Below, one piece after another: positions 29,609 through 40,071 of a DNA stretch of 64,000 nucleotides (its first letter is position 1; the number at the start of each line of letters is the position of its first letter). This DNA comes from a virus. Below the pieces are notes generated by a model, which had not been told where the DNA came from, searched no databases, and saw only the letters and a list, made by a program, of their open reading frames with translations. Position numbers and translations under genes: made by a program. The DNA is taken from IMG/VR virus record IMGVR_UViG_3300025138_000013. The stretch is one strand, 5' to 3'.

Positions 29609-30016
29609 ATGAAAAAATTCAGACAATTCATTGCAGAGACCCATGGGTCAAAGCAAGTCGGTGGACTTTCTTCAAATCAGATACCACATGACATTGATGA
29701 TGCAGACGTTAAAGCTAGCATCAATGCAGTCTTAGGACACACAGCAAGTTCAGAATACATGAACCCACAAGCTGCAGTCGAACAGATGAAGGCAAAACTC
29801 GAGCAACTTGGACTTGCAATGATGCAACATGACAATGTTGAGTTCAATGAAAGTGGAGAGTTTGACCTTTCTTTCTCAAGATATGGTGAAACATTCGGAA
29901 AAACAGTTGATACACCACACGACGAGTTCGAAAAAGAAGAAAAAATAGTTTCACTTAACGTGAAATACGAACGGTTAATGAACAACAGTTACAAAGTATA
30001 CGGTTCATTGGTCTAA
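29609..30016 (+). CDS. Hypothetical with capsid-targeting-like N-terminus
   Basis: MKKFRQFIAE resembles the T4 internal-protein CTS MKTYQEFIAE. Confidence 0.7.
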   Translation: MKKFRQFIAETHGSKQVGGLSSNQIPHDIDDADVKASINAVLGHTASSEYMNPQAAVEQMKAKLEQLGLAMMQHDNVEFNESGEFDLSFSRYGETFGKTVDTPHDEFEKEEKIVSLNVKYERLMNNSYKVYGSLV

Positions 30017-30072
30017 AACCTTCCTTAGAGGTCTACTAAATACCATGGTAGACCACTATTTTAAATTATATT

Positions 30073-30444
30073 ATGAGTCTTTTTGACAAACTAACAGCAA
30101 AAAACTTTTCTGCATTCGCTCTGAAGCATTACGATGACCCTCAATGTGAGGACATGGAAGACTTCCAAGAAGATTTACGCAGATTCAGATACCTTAAACG
30201 ATTACTATTCAGATACCATGAAAGTGGTGAACTAAGGGAACGCCTTTTACTCAATCATCTTATATGCCTATTCAATGTATTTGGATATGAACCATGTATG
30301 AGAATGTTAAGATTCAAAATAAAAGAAGATAGATATTGGTCTTCAATCAAAACCTTACTACTATACCTAGATTACATCACACAGGACTTCAAACCCGAAT
30401 TACCAATTGATGATGTAATTGCACAAAGATTGAGAGAACTATAG
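30073..30444 (+). CDS. T4-like hypothetical protein
   Basis: YDDPQC..EDFQEDLRRFRYLKRL...RLLLNHLI.LFNVFG pattern. Confidence 0.75.
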   Translation: MSLFDKLTAKNFSAFALKHYDDPQCEDMEDFQEDLRRFRYLKRLLFRYHESGELRERLLLNHLICLFNVFGYEPCMRMLRFKIKEDRYWSSIKTLLLYLDYITQDFKPELPIDDVIAQRLREL

Positions 30445-30520
30445 GCTCCCATAGCTCAGCTGGTAGAGCAACTGATTTGTAATCAGTAGGTCAACCGTTC
30501 GAATCGGTTTGGGAGCTCCA
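30445..30520 (+). tRNA. tRNA-Thr(TGT)
   Basis: Acceptor GCTCCCA/TGGGAGC; anticodon arm ACTGA-TTTGTAA-TCAGT; TTCGAAT loop; encoded CCA. Confidence 0.95.
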
Positions 30521-30545
30521 CTGCTCAAAAGACCTAAATAGATAT

Positions 30546-31130
30546 ATGAGAATAGTAGATACTTTAATAGTCTTTAGAATGCTCAAGATGTTAACAACAC
30601 CTTGGGAGAAAATGCAGGCATATAAATTTGGGTTCATCGACAACAAAGGGACAAGAATCAAAAAGATAGAAGTCGAAGGTAAGATGGTCGACAACAAACC
30701 CGAAACTTCTGCAGAAAAATCTTCCTTGACACCTTTACATCGTGTAGTATTCAATCTAAAGAAAATAATAAACAAGGTACCGTTTGGTAAATCACAATTT
30801 GCATCTTACGCTGTTGCACTTCTCATGCTCAAAGAGCAGAATGAGATGGATGAAGACCAAATGGAAGAATTATGTGAGAAGTTCTATAGACATCTAAAAG
30901 AACTAGGTAAGGTAGATGCAGAGGTTCTAGAAGAATCTATGTCAGTCGGTAAATTACAGGCTGGTGGAGTGTATCACTTACGTAGAAGACTAGAACAGTT
31001 AGATATAGAACACCCACACAAATCAGAAATCACAATCATGGAACATCATTCCAAAGTATATGGAATTGACGTTTACATTGGTTATATCAACGAAGATAGA
31101 GTCTTGGTAACAGAAGATGACGTATACTAA
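30546..31130 (+). CDS. Hypothetical protein
   Basis: Late promoter CTAAATA at 30534; ATG 5 nt later. Confidence 0.75.
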   Translation: MRIVDTLIVFRMLKMLTTPWEKMQAYKFGFIDNKGTRIKKIEVEGKMVDNKPETSAEKSSLTPLHRVVFNLKKIINKVPFGKSQFASYAVALLMLKEQNEMDEDQMEELCEKFYRHLKELGKVDAEVLEESMSVGKLQAGGVYHLRRRLEQLDIEHPHKSEITIMEHHSKVYGIDVYIGYINEDRVLVTEDDVY

Positions 31131-31905
31131 ACATCTCTCAGTTTTCCTAAAGGAAGACATAGACCATATGGTCTTTAATTCTCAAGAAGAATTGAAGAAA
31201 CCAAAGTACGAAAACCTAGAGATATGGAATGAAGGTTGGGAGACTATAATGTTAGGACAATTTCCTAAAGGTAATGCAGTTGTTAAAGAGTTGCAAGAAA
31301 TACAGAAATACGTTGCAGCTACAACAGACGAACAAAAAGAAGAATACCTTAACTGTGACGAAGATACAACTTACTATATCAAAGAGTATATGAATAAAGA
31401 GGGGTTGGATTATGATGTGGATACTGTAGAGTATCTTGAAGACCAGTGTAAACCTATAATCAAACATCATAAGAATCACTTCAATCGTGCAAGACCATAT
31501 CAAGTTGCAGAAGAATTAGATATGGATTTTGAAAGATACAAAACTGATACTGCAAAGACACCTTCATATCCAAGTGGACATACAGTCCAACCATTTATAG
31601 TTGCAGAATATTACAGTAAACTATACCCACAACACCGTGCTGGATTAATGAATGGTGCAAAGATTAGTGGGTTTGGTAGAGTTGTAGCGGGATTACACTA
31701 CCCTTCAGATTATGAAGCAGGAGTAAAACTTGCATCCGAACTCATGGAATTCATGAACTTCGGAAAATTAAAAGAAGATGCACCTATGAATGCCACTGGT
31801 GCAGCTGTTTCAACCGATGCAAATAGTATTGGTTTCAAGAAGAGGAATAAGAAGTATGAACCAAATGCTCTATACACTCTCTTGCGTAGAAACATCAAGA
31901 GATAG
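31117..31905 (+). CDS. PAP2-family phosphatase
   Basis: KNHFNRARP, SYPSGH, RVVAGLHYPSD catalytic motifs. Confidence 0.9.
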   Translation: MTYTKHLSVFLKEDIDHMVFNSQEELKKPKYENLEIWNEGWETIMLGQFPKGNAVVKELQEIQKYVAATTDEQKEEYLNCDEDTTYYIKEYMNKEGLDYDVDTVEYLEDQCKPIIKHHKNHFNRARPYQVAEELDMDFERYKTDTAKTPSYPSGHTVQPFIVAEYYSKLYPQHRAGLMNGAKISGFGRVVAGLHYPSDYEAGVKLASELMEFMNFGKLKEDAPMNATGAAVSTDANSIGFKKRNKKYEPNALYTLLRRNIKR

Positions 31906-31908
31906 ATT

Positions 31909-33084
31909 ATGAACAGATTTTTGAATTACCTCGCGGTAATTACGTCCCTAGGAATTGCATCAATCGCTGCATATTTCTCAGTATTAGGTCTTGCAACAAT
32001 ATTTGCTGGTGCCTTTATGGGTGTTGTAATTATGGCTGGTGCTTTAGAATTCGGTAAAGTTGTAACTGCAGCTTATCTGCATCTTGCATGGGAAAAACTA
32101 AATTACATGAAATACTATCTTGTATTTTCAGTATTCGTTCTCATGTTAATCACATCATTGGGTATATTTGGATACCTATCAAAAGCACATTCAGAACAAA
32201 CAGGGGATACTGCACAAGCACAATCTATTGTTGATAGAATCGAGAATCAGATTGCAAGGGAAGAGAACAAGATACAAACCTATCTAGACAGGATAAGTAA
32301 TCTTGGGGGTGCAAAGATAGATGTATCAGAGTCTATCAAACAACAAGAAACTATTAGAGATGGTGCATGGGACAGGGTTCAAGGGGATATAGACTATGCA
32401 AAGGGTCAGATAACATCTCTTAGGGGTCAGACAACGGCCTTAGACACCGCTGTAAGCAATCTTAGAGAGAAAGGGGTTGAGACTATCACCACACAAGAAG
32501 GTGGAGTATTCACACAGGACGAATTAGAAGTCATAGACTATGTCCAACAGGCAAATACATTGTTTGACCAACAATCAACTCAGAGAGAACAAATAAGAGA
32601 TGACATTGCAGAACAACAAGGTAACATAGACAACTACAGGTCACAAGCACAGACTACAATTGATGATGCAAACATTGAGATAAAGAGATTACAACAATCA
32701 TCTACAGGTGATGCAGATGAAATAATTGTAAAGACCGATGAATTCAACTTGTTGATTGACAAATCCTATGATATAATAGATGGATACAAAGACGAAATGT
32801 TTGAGAGTAAACAGATTATACTCTCATTAGAACGTGAAGTAGGCCCTATTAAGTATATTGCAGAAGTTATATACGGTCAAGAGGATTCTGTCAAGTACCT
32901 TGACAACGCCGTTCGATGGGTAATTTACATGCTGATATTCGTATTTGACCCGCTGGCAATCTTATTGTTGGTTACATCATTAGGATTGATACAGGGTAAA
33001 GGACATACGAAAAAGTTACGAGAAACACAAAGAATTGTGCTTCAAGTACCAAAAAAGAGAGTGAAGAAGTTACAAAAAGACTAA
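31909..33084 (+). CDS. Membrane-anchored coiled-coil protein
   Basis: Three N-terminal TMs, long coiled coil, C-terminal TM (EVGPIKYIAE...FVFDPLA). Confidence 0.8.
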   Translation: MNRFLNYLAVITSLGIASIAAYFSVLGLATIFAGAFMGVVIMAGALEFGKVVTAAYLHLAWEKLNYMKYYLVFSVFVLMLITSLGIFGYLSKAHSEQTGDTAQAQSIVDRIENQIAREENKIQTYLDRISNLGGAKIDVSESIKQQETIRDGAWDRVQGDIDYAKGQITSLRGQTTALDTAVSNLREKGVETITTQEGGVFTQDELEVIDYVQQANTLFDQQSTQREQIRDDIAEQQGNIDNYRSQAQTTIDDANIEIKRLQQSSTGDADEIIVKTDEFNLLIDKSYDIIDGYKDEMFESKQIILSLEREVGPIKYIAEVIYGQEDSVKYLDNAVRWVIYMLIFVFDPLAILLLVTSLGLIQGKGHTKKLRETQRIVLQVPKKRVKKLQKD

Positions 33085-33091
33085 ATACAAT

Positions 33092-33099
33092 TATAAATA
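33092..33099 (+). promoter_or_regulatory. T4 late promoter TATAAATA
   Basis: Exact consensus, intergenic. Confidence 0.65.
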
Positions 33100-33114
33100 T
33101 TTCTAGGAGAAATC

Positions 33115-33591
33115 ATGCCAGACAATGACAATAAGCACTTAGACCCTCGTCTAAAAATCGAACATTTATTATACGACATTCGTGGAATGTTGTTAGATAT
33201 CGAACACACACTTGGTAATATACCACACGAAGAAGAAAACGTCGAGGACTATTCTGTAGTATTCGTAGAATCTACAGAAGGTGATTATATCCATCCCGAG
33301 ACACCAACTCACCCATGCCCAGAAGGGTTTGGTGAAGATGCCTATTGGGATTGTATCTACCAGTGTTGGATGCAACCAAATGACATGGAAGAAGACGAGT
33401 ATAACTTGGCTACTAACATAGATACAGATGCATGTTACGACACAGTAGCAGGTGAATGGATGAGAACTGAAGAAGATGATTGGTCAAACGAGTATGCTTC
33501 TTACATGGCTCCTATTCATGAGATGGAAGAAGAAATGACTCATGAAGAACCAACAACAGAACCAACAACAGAACATAACGGAGAAGTATAA
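33115..33591 (+). CDS. Very acidic hypothetical protein
   Basis: AGGAGA RBS; E/D-rich; EPTTEPTTE repeat. Confidence 0.7.
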   Translation: MPDNDNKHLDPRLKIEHLLYDIRGMLLDIEHTLGNIPHEEENVEDYSVVFVESTEGDYIHPETPTHPCPEGFGEDAYWDCIYQCWMQPNDMEEDEYNLATNIDTDACYDTVAGEWMRTEEDDWSNEYASYMAPIHEMEEEMTHEEPTTEPTTEHNGEV

Positions 33592-33776
33592 TGGCAATAT
33601 CAGATTCTATGACTCTTGCTGAATTCAAAGCAGAACTAATTGCAACAGAACCAACAATGACTGGAGCTCCTGCAGAAGGAACAGACGGTAGAGCATTAGC
33701 TCAGACATCTTACGATACGTCTAAAGCTGCTTGGGACACTGAACTTGCACGAGTTCAAACTCTAATCGACGGTTAA
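33591..33776 (+). CDS. Small hypothetical protein
   Basis: GGAG RBS; TAATG overlap. Confidence 0.65.
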   Translation: MAISDSMTLAEFKAELIATEPTMTGAPAEGTDGRALAQTSYDTSKAAWDTELARVQTLIDG

Positions 33777-33794
33777 TTTAGTTTAAAAAACACC

Positions 33795-33835
33795 TTGTAT
33801 TTTAGCATGTATTCATGTATAATGAATGTATGCTA
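33795..33835 (+). promoter_or_regulatory. Sigma70-type primase promoter embedded in a 14-bp hairpin covering the start codon
   Basis: TTGTAT-N17-TATAAT; stem 33803-33816 / 33822-33835 with G-T pairs. Confidence 0.6.
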
Positions 33836-34867
33836 TGGTTAGAAAGAAAATATCTTTCTATGTGTGTGAGTTCTCTAGAACTTGCAAAATGGAAAGGTGA
33901 TACAACACTGAATCACAGGTGTATATATTGTGGAGATTCTCAAAAGAATCAACATAAAGCACGTGGGTATCATTTCGTTGTAGAACAAAGTTTTATATAC
34001 AAATGTCACAATTGTGGTAAATCCACATCCAGTGTAAATTTTATCAAAGACCATTTCCCTGTACTACATAAAGAGTACATTAAAGAATGGTTAACAGAGA
34101 GTGGTAAAAAACCTAAGAAACATGCATCGAATCATAAGATGCCGAGTGCAAATGTTTTCAAGTTCACTCCAAAAACAGAATTACTAAATATGATTAAAGT
34201 TGATTTATCAGCGATTATGTTCCCTGCCAAGGAGAAAAGAGTTGCACGAGAATACTTACAAGCACGTAAGATTCCCGAAGATAAAATCAATGATTTATGG
34301 TTCGTTGAATCAGCTCAGACTCTAAGTCTCTTATCACCTAAGTATAAGGACAGAGTTCTTGGTAACGACCCAAGAATCATTTTACCATTCTTTAGAGAGG
34401 ATGGGGAACTCGTAGGAGTATCGGGTAGAGCAATTAATAACTCACCCCTTAGATACCTTACAATGAGGTTCCTAGATGATGACCCACTCATCTATAACAT
34501 ACAAAAAGTGGACAAAACAAAAACTATCTATGTCACCGAAGGCCCATTAGATAGTTTATTCCTTCCCAACAGTATCGCAGTCGGGGGAAGTGACTTTAAG
34601 AAAATAGACGATGGTATCAAAGACAATGCAATTATCATTTATGATAATGAACCTCGTAATGAAGAGATACTCAAGAAACTAGAAGAAGTGATTGAGTTAG
34701 GTTATAAAGTTTGCATATGGGACGACAAACGTATTGCAGACTGTAAAGATATAAACGATATGATAGTAAGTGGATTGAGACAAAGTGAGATAGTAGATAT
34801 CATTAATACTTGTACATTTGAAGGTCTTTCGGCAAAATTAAAATTAATGGAGTACAAGAGAATATGA
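33830..34867 (+). CDS. 61: DNA primase (T4 gp61)
   Basis: Zn finger RCIYCGDS...KCHNCG; TOPRIM VTEGPLDSLF, YDNEPRN, KDINDM. Confidence 0.95.
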   Translation: MLWLERKYLSMCVSSLELAKWKGDTTLNHRCIYCGDSQKNQHKARGYHFVVEQSFIYKCHNCGKSTSSVNFIKDHFPVLHKEYIKEWLTESGKKPKKHASNHKMPSANVFKFTPKTELLNMIKVDLSAIMFPAKEKRVAREYLQARKIPEDKINDLWFVESAQTLSLLSPKYKDRVLGNDPRIILPFFREDGELVGVSGRAINNSPLRYLTMRFLDDDPLIYNIQKVDKTKTIYVTEGPLDSLFLPNSIAVGGSDFKKIDDGIKDNAIIIYDNEPRNEEILKKLEEVIELGYKVCIWDDKRIADCKDINDMIVSGLRQSEIVDIINTCTFEGLSAKLKLMEYKRI

Positions 34868-37173
34868 ATTCAGAGTTCAAAGTAATTAAATCAGATGGGA
34901 CAAAGAGACCTATTGATTTAGATAAGATACACAGAATGGTAGAGAAAGCTTGTGACGGTATCACAGGTGTTTCAGAGTCATCCGTCGAGATGAACAGTGG
35001 TTTACAATTTTATGATGGAATCACTACACGTGATATCCAAAAGATACTTGTAAAAAGTGCAAGTGATTTAATCTCATTAGAGAATCCTAACTATCAGTTT
35101 GTCGCTGCAAGATTACTACTATTTGGTGTACAGAAACAAGTGTTCAACACTAGATGGAAAGACAGTGAAATCTATCCACCACTAGGAGACATAGTTCTAA
35201 GAAACATAGACCACGGTGTGTATGATAAAGACATTCTTAATTATTATGAGAAGGAAGAGATAGACCAGTGTAATTCATTTATCAGACACAACAGAGATTT
35301 AACTTTTACATATGCTGGTCTACAACAGATAGTAGACAAGTATTTGGTACAAGACAGGTCATCCAATACATTATTTGAGACACCACAGTTCATGTACATG
35401 ATGATTGCGATGACATTATTTAAAGACTACGGAGAAAGTAGGTTACAATATGTCAGAGGATATTACGATGCAATATCACAATTTAAAATTAACATCCCCA
35501 CACCAATTATGGCGGGGGTCAGAACACCACTTCGACAATTTGCAAGTTGTGTTCTCGTCGACAGTGACGACACCCTCGACTCAATCTTCTCCAGTGACAT
35601 GGCAATCGGTAAGTACGTTGCTCAGAGAGCTGGAATTGGAATCAACGCAGGAAGAATTAGGGGAATTGGTAGTAAAATTAGAGGGGGTGAAGTCCAACAT
35701 ACTGGAGTCATACCATTTCTTAAAAAGTTTGAAGCAACCGTCCGAAGTTGTACACAGAATGGCGTCAGAGGCGGAAGTGCAACAGTACATTTCCCAATCT
35801 GGCACGCTGAAATCGAGGATATCCTTGTCCTTAAAAACAATAAGGGAACAGAAGATAATAGAGTCAGAAAGTTAGATTACTCTATTCAGTTATCAGAACT
35901 ATTTTATAAGAGATTTCTGAAGAACGAGGACATATCATTGTTCTCACCGCATGATGTTAAGGGACTGTATGATGCATTTGGAACACCCGAGTTCGATGCA
36001 TTATATGAGAAGTATGAACGTGCAACTAGTATTCCAAAGAAGAAGATTGGTGCAAGACATCTATTTACAAGTTTATTAAAAGAAAGAGCAGAGACTGGCC
36101 GTATTTACATTATGAATATCGACCATTGCAATACGCATAGTAGTTTTATCGACAAGGTTAACATGAGTAATCTATGTCAAGAGATAACACTACCCACCGA
36201 CCCTATCAGTCATATTGATGGGGAAGGTGAGATTGCGTTATGTATTCTTTCTGCAATTAACGTAGGTATTATCAAGAACTTAGATGAACTTGGACACCTA
36301 TGTGACCTTGCAGTTAGAGGGTTGGAAGAACTAATAGACTATCAGAAGTATCCAGTGATTGCAGCTGAGAAATCAACAAGAGCAAGACGTTCATTAGGAA
36401 TAGGATACATTGGTCTCGCACATTTCCTTGCGAAGAACAAGGTTAAGTATGATGACCCCGAAGCACATAAACTAGTGCATGAACTAACAGAAAGATTCCA
36501 GTTCGAACTACTAAAATCATCTAATCAGATTGCATCCGAGAAAGGTGCATGTGATTACTTTGATAGAACTAAGTACTCTCAAGGATTACTACCTATTGAT
36601 ACATACAAAAAGGATGTTGACACTATAACCCCACACGTGTTAAAATGTGACTGGGATAAACTAAGAACATGTATAAATGTGCATGGTTTAAGACACTCAA
36701 CTCTTACTGCACAGATGCCTTCAGAGTCCTCTAGCGTCGTCTCTAATGCAACGAATGGTGTAGAACCACCAAGAGACTACCTCAGTGTCAAGAAAAGTAA
36801 AAAAGGAACCCTAAAACAGGTAGTTCCACAATACAGTACACTTAAAAACAATTATACATTACTATGGGATATGCCTAGTAATGATGGATATATTAAAGTA
36901 CTTGCAGTGATGCAAAAGTTCTTTGACCAAGCGATTAGTGGTAACTGGTCTTATAACCCCGAGAATTATGACAAGGGTGAAGTACCAGTATCAGTCATGG
37001 CTCAGGACATGTTGAACACATACAAGTATGGATGGAAGACATCATATTACCAAAACACAATGGATGGTAAGGTAGAGGATGTAATTACAGACCCTAATTC
37101 AGCGTCTAACGATTACATACCACCAATGATGCACACTGAAGATGAGGAAGATTGCGATGCCTGTGCCATATGA
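34864..37173 (+). CDS. nrdA: Ribonucleotide reductase class Ia alpha subunit
   Basis: ATP cone; PTPIMAG, QFASCVL, SNLCQEI, AQMPSESS, C-terminal CDAC. Confidence 0.97.
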   Translation: MNSEFKVIKSDGTKRPIDLDKIHRMVEKACDGITGVSESSVEMNSGLQFYDGITTRDIQKILVKSASDLISLENPNYQFVAARLLLFGVQKQVFNTRWKDSEIYPPLGDIVLRNIDHGVYDKDILNYYEKEEIDQCNSFIRHNRDLTFTYAGLQQIVDKYLVQDRSSNTLFETPQFMYMMIAMTLFKDYGESRLQYVRGYYDAISQFKINIPTPIMAGVRTPLRQFASCVLVDSDDTLDSIFSSDMAIGKYVAQRAGIGINAGRIRGIGSKIRGGEVQHTGVIPFLKKFEATVRSCTQNGVRGGSATVHFPIWHAEIEDILVLKNNKGTEDNRVRKLDYSIQLSELFYKRFLKNEDISLFSPHDVKGLYDAFGTPEFDALYEKYERATSIPKKKIGARHLFTSLLKERAETGRIYIMNIDHCNTHSSFIDKVNMSNLCQEITLPTDPISHIDGEGEIALCILSAINVGIIKNLDELGHLCDLAVRGLEELIDYQKYPVIAAEKSTRARRSLGIGYIGLAHFLAKNKVKYDDPEAHKLVHELTERFQFELLKSSNQIASEKGACDYFDRTKYSQGLLPIDTYKKDVDTITPHVLKCDWDKLRTCINVHGLRHSTLTAQMPSESSSVVSNATNGVEPPRDYLSVKKSKKGTLKQVVPQYSTLKNNYTLLWDMPSNDGYIKVLAVMQKFFDQAISGNWSYNPENYDKGEVPVSVMAQDMLNTYKYGWKTSYYQNTMDGKVEDVITDPNSASNDYIPPMMHTEDEEDCDACAI

Positions 37174-38125
37174 AGATAAGACTGTAATATATACGTATCC
37201 CGACGAGGAGAGGATGAAAAAAGATGGAGAGACTCCTCAAAGACTAAGTGGTAGAACTAATCAGTTGACTTGGGACTTGATGAAAGATAGGTTTGTTGTC
37301 TTACGTAATTTCATTCCTAAAGATATTATTAACATGTCATTAGATACATGGAAGACTATTGAACACAATGAATCATGGGATGAAGCAATATTCAACAGAG
37401 AACATGAAATCACTCAAAACTCACCTAAAGATTCTTTAGGAAAATCTAAAGCTAATTACTGCACTCCGATGGCAGTTTCCCTACATAGATGGCTAAAGGA
37501 AAAATTAGACAACGTAATTGATATGGGATTAAGAGAAACATACTCTTATACTCGGAAATACGACAGAGGTGCATACCTAAGAGCTCACACTGATAGACCA
37601 TCATGTGAAATAAGTGCAACCATATGTCTAGATTACAGGACAGATGACAATGCACCTTGGAAAATATGGGTACAGAACGATGGTAACTATGTCGACATGG
37701 GTAATATGGATGAAGTGTATGATATGTCTCAAGGATTACAACACAGAAATAGAAAAGGTATTCCAATAAGTTTAGAGCCTGGTGATGTTTTATTATATCA
37801 AGGGCCCAATGTAATACACTGGAGAGATTATTTAGTAGGTGATTACTCATACCACATCTTCTTACATTTCTTCAATGAAGACAGTAAGTTATTGAATATA
37901 GACAAAATGCATACAGACATAGAAGACCATTTTGCATTATCGTTTGATGGAAGACCACATAGATATGCAGATGAAAATAGTGAAGAAGTAGTTGGTAAAA
38001 CCAAAGAAAAGTTTAGAGAGTTTGCAAACGTATACCACAATGTAGTAGATAAGAAAGCTAACTTTGCAAATAATTATGATGATTTTGAATTAGACACAAG
38101 AAAAAAGAGGGCCGTGAAAGAATGA
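37157..38125 (+). CDS. 2OG-Fe(II) oxygenase inserted between nrdA and nrdB
   Basis: TYSYTRKY..GAYLRAHTDRPSCEISAT, GDVLLYQG..VIHWR, HIFLHF. Confidence 0.85.
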   Translation: MPVPYEDKTVIYTYPDEERMKKDGETPQRLSGRTNQLTWDLMKDRFVVLRNFIPKDIINMSLDTWKTIEHNESWDEAIFNREHEITQNSPKDSLGKSKANYCTPMAVSLHRWLKEKLDNVIDMGLRETYSYTRKYDRGAYLRAHTDRPSCEISATICLDYRTDDNAPWKIWVQNDGNYVDMGNMDEVYDMSQGLQHRNRKGIPISLEPGDVLLYQGPNVIHWRDYLVGDYSYHIFLHFFNEDSKLLNIDKMHTDIEDHFALSFDGRPHRYADENSEEVVGKTKEKFREFANVYHNVVDKKANFANNYDDFELDTRKKRAVKE

Positions 38126-39219
38126 CAGTATTTAACAAAAAAAATGTAGACTTTACAAAGGAGTCTATGTTCTTCGGTGAAGAACTAAACACGCAAAGAT
38201 TTGATGTATTCAAGTACCCTATATTTGACAAACTAACACAGACACAATTATCATTCTTTTGGAGACCCGAAGAGGTATCCTTACAGAAAGATAGGGGTGA
38301 TTACCAAACACTTTCTGACGCACAGAAACACATCTTTACCTCTAACTTGAGGTATCAAACTTTACTCGACTCAGTTCAAGGTAGAGCTCCATCCATAGCA
38401 TTTTTACCGTTTGTGAGCATACCCGAACTTGAGTCTTGTATTATTACATGGGATTTCATGGAGACTATTCATTCACGAAGTTACACTCACATTATAAAGA
38501 ACGTTTATAGTGACCCTAGTGAGATATTTGACACAATCCTAGACGAACCAGCAATTGTAGCTAGAGCAGAACAAGTAACAGAAAAATATGACAAGTTTAT
38601 ACAACTAGGAAGACGTAGATTACTAGGTCTTAAAGTAGATGATTACGAGCTTAAGAAAGCATTGTACCTTGCACTGATATCAGTTAACATCTTAGAAGGA
38701 GTACGATTCTTTGTATCCTTTGCCTGTTCATTTGCATTCGGTGAGTTAAAACAGATGGAAGGAAGTGCAAAAATCATATCTCTTATTGCAAGAGACGAAG
38801 CACAACATCTTGCAATCACTCAACACATCATCAAAGCATATCAGAAACAAGAAGGTGATAAGATGATGACTAAAATCATGGCTGAATGTGAAGAGGAAGT
38901 ATATGACATGTACCGTGATGCAGTTCAACAAGAGAAAGATTGGGCAGATTTCCTATTTAAGGATGGTTCAATGATTGGACTATCAACACCATTACTTGGT
39001 CAGTACGTAGAGTACACAGCAAACAAAAGATTACGTGCATTGGGTCTAAACCCACTGTATGACATATCATCAACAAACAATCCACTACCTTGGACTAAAC
39101 ATTGGTTCAACAGTAGAGGTCTACAGAATGCACCACAAGAGACGGAAATAGAATCCTATCTGATTGGGGGTATAAAACAAGACGTAGACGACGACACGTT
39201 TTCTGGCTTTGAATTGTAA
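38122..39219 (+). CDS. nrdB: Ribonucleotide reductase class Ia beta subunit
   Basis: FFWRPEEV, LLDSVQGR, ETIHSRSY, LEGVRFFVSF, RDEAQH, APQETE. Confidence 0.97.
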   Translation: MTVFNKKNVDFTKESMFFGEELNTQRFDVFKYPIFDKLTQTQLSFFWRPEEVSLQKDRGDYQTLSDAQKHIFTSNLRYQTLLDSVQGRAPSIAFLPFVSIPELESCIITWDFMETIHSRSYTHIIKNVYSDPSEIFDTILDEPAIVARAEQVTEKYDKFIQLGRRRLLGLKVDDYELKKALYLALISVNILEGVRFFVSFACSFAFGELKQMEGSAKIISLIARDEAQHLAITQHIIKAYQKQEGDKMMTKIMAECEEEVYDMYRDAVQQEKDWADFLFKDGSMIGLSTPLLGQYVEYTANKRLRALGLNPLYDISSTNNPLPWTKHWFNSRGLQNAPQETEIESYLIGGIKQDVDDDTFSGFEL

Positions 39220-39830
39220 TGCACGATTGTGTTGTCATGTTCAGTGGTGGAGTTGAATCCACTGCATTATTAAACTGGTGTGTAGAGAGAGGTAAGAAAC
39301 CTATTGCACTCCATTCAATATGGGATAACCCCATCACAACAGCAAATCAACTACATAGTAACATTACAGAGATATGTGATAAATTAGATGTAGATTTGAT
39401 TACTCACAAGCATCCTAAATATGACCATGATGAACGGTCAGATGAATATTTTCATTCTGCTAGACATTGGTCAGTTGCATGTTTAAGTGCATTGACTCAG
39501 TTCCCACACATCGAAGAATATTACTGGGGTGTGAATAGTGGAATGATGAACTATGCAGATGATAATAAAATACCATCTGATTGGCCATGGGTACCACGTG
39601 CATGGGAATTTCAAATGGTATTTGAGTTCTATGCAAGGTTGATGAATAAGAATCACAACTACAGATTGTACCCACCTCTTGGTGGAATGACTAAGTTTGA
39701 ACAATGGTCATCAATACCAGCCGAGGTAAAACCACTAGTCAATGCTTGTTCATTGGGTTACCCAAACCAATGTAACGAGTGTGATAAGTGTATAGAATTT
39801 AATAGATTAACAGCAATTGGGGGATTTTAA
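39219..39830 (+). CDS. QueC-like PP-loop ATPase
   Basis: FSGGVES PP-loop; C-terminal C..(x7)..CNECDKC zinc site. Confidence 0.65.
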   Translation: MHDCVVMFSGGVESTALLNWCVERGKKPIALHSIWDNPITTANQLHSNITEICDKLDVDLITHKHPKYDHDERSDEYFHSARHWSVACLSALTQFPHIEEYYWGVNSGMMNYADDNKIPSDWPWVPRAWEFQMVFEFYARLMNKNHNYRLYPPLGGMTKFEQWSSIPAEVKPLVNACSLGYPNQCNECDKCIEFNRLTAIGGF

Positions 39831-39831
39831 A

Positions 39832-40071
39832 ATGATAGAGATATTTGGAAAAACACAATGTCCTTACTGTGATAAAGCAAAAGCTTTATGTGAGAAAGAA
39901 GGATTAGAATTTACATACAAACAGCTGGACACAGACTTCACAAGAGAACAACTCTTTGAAGAGTTTCCAACTGCACGGACATTCCCTCAAATCAGAATTG
40001 ATGGTGATGCAATAGGTGGATACGACCAACTTGCAGAATACGTAAAACATGGAGACGTTTGGAAAGACTAA
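39832..40071 (+). CDS. nrdC: Glutaredoxin
   Basis: CPYC, RTFPQI, IGGY. Confidence 0.92.
   Translation: MIEIFGKTQCPYCDKAKALCEKEGLEFTYKQLDTDFTREQLFEEFPTARTFPQIRIDGDAIGGYDQLAEYVKHGDVWKD

Noticed and set aside
33548-33573. Short tandem repeat GAACCAACAACA x2
   Set aside because: Simple coding repeat (EPTT) in an acidic protein; no sign of a separate function.
12650-39219. Introns or inteins in DNA polymerase, helicase, nrdA or nrdB
   Set aside because: All are continuous ORFs of ordinary length with no intein or homing-endonuclease motifs; the nrdA-nrdB insert is an oxygenase.
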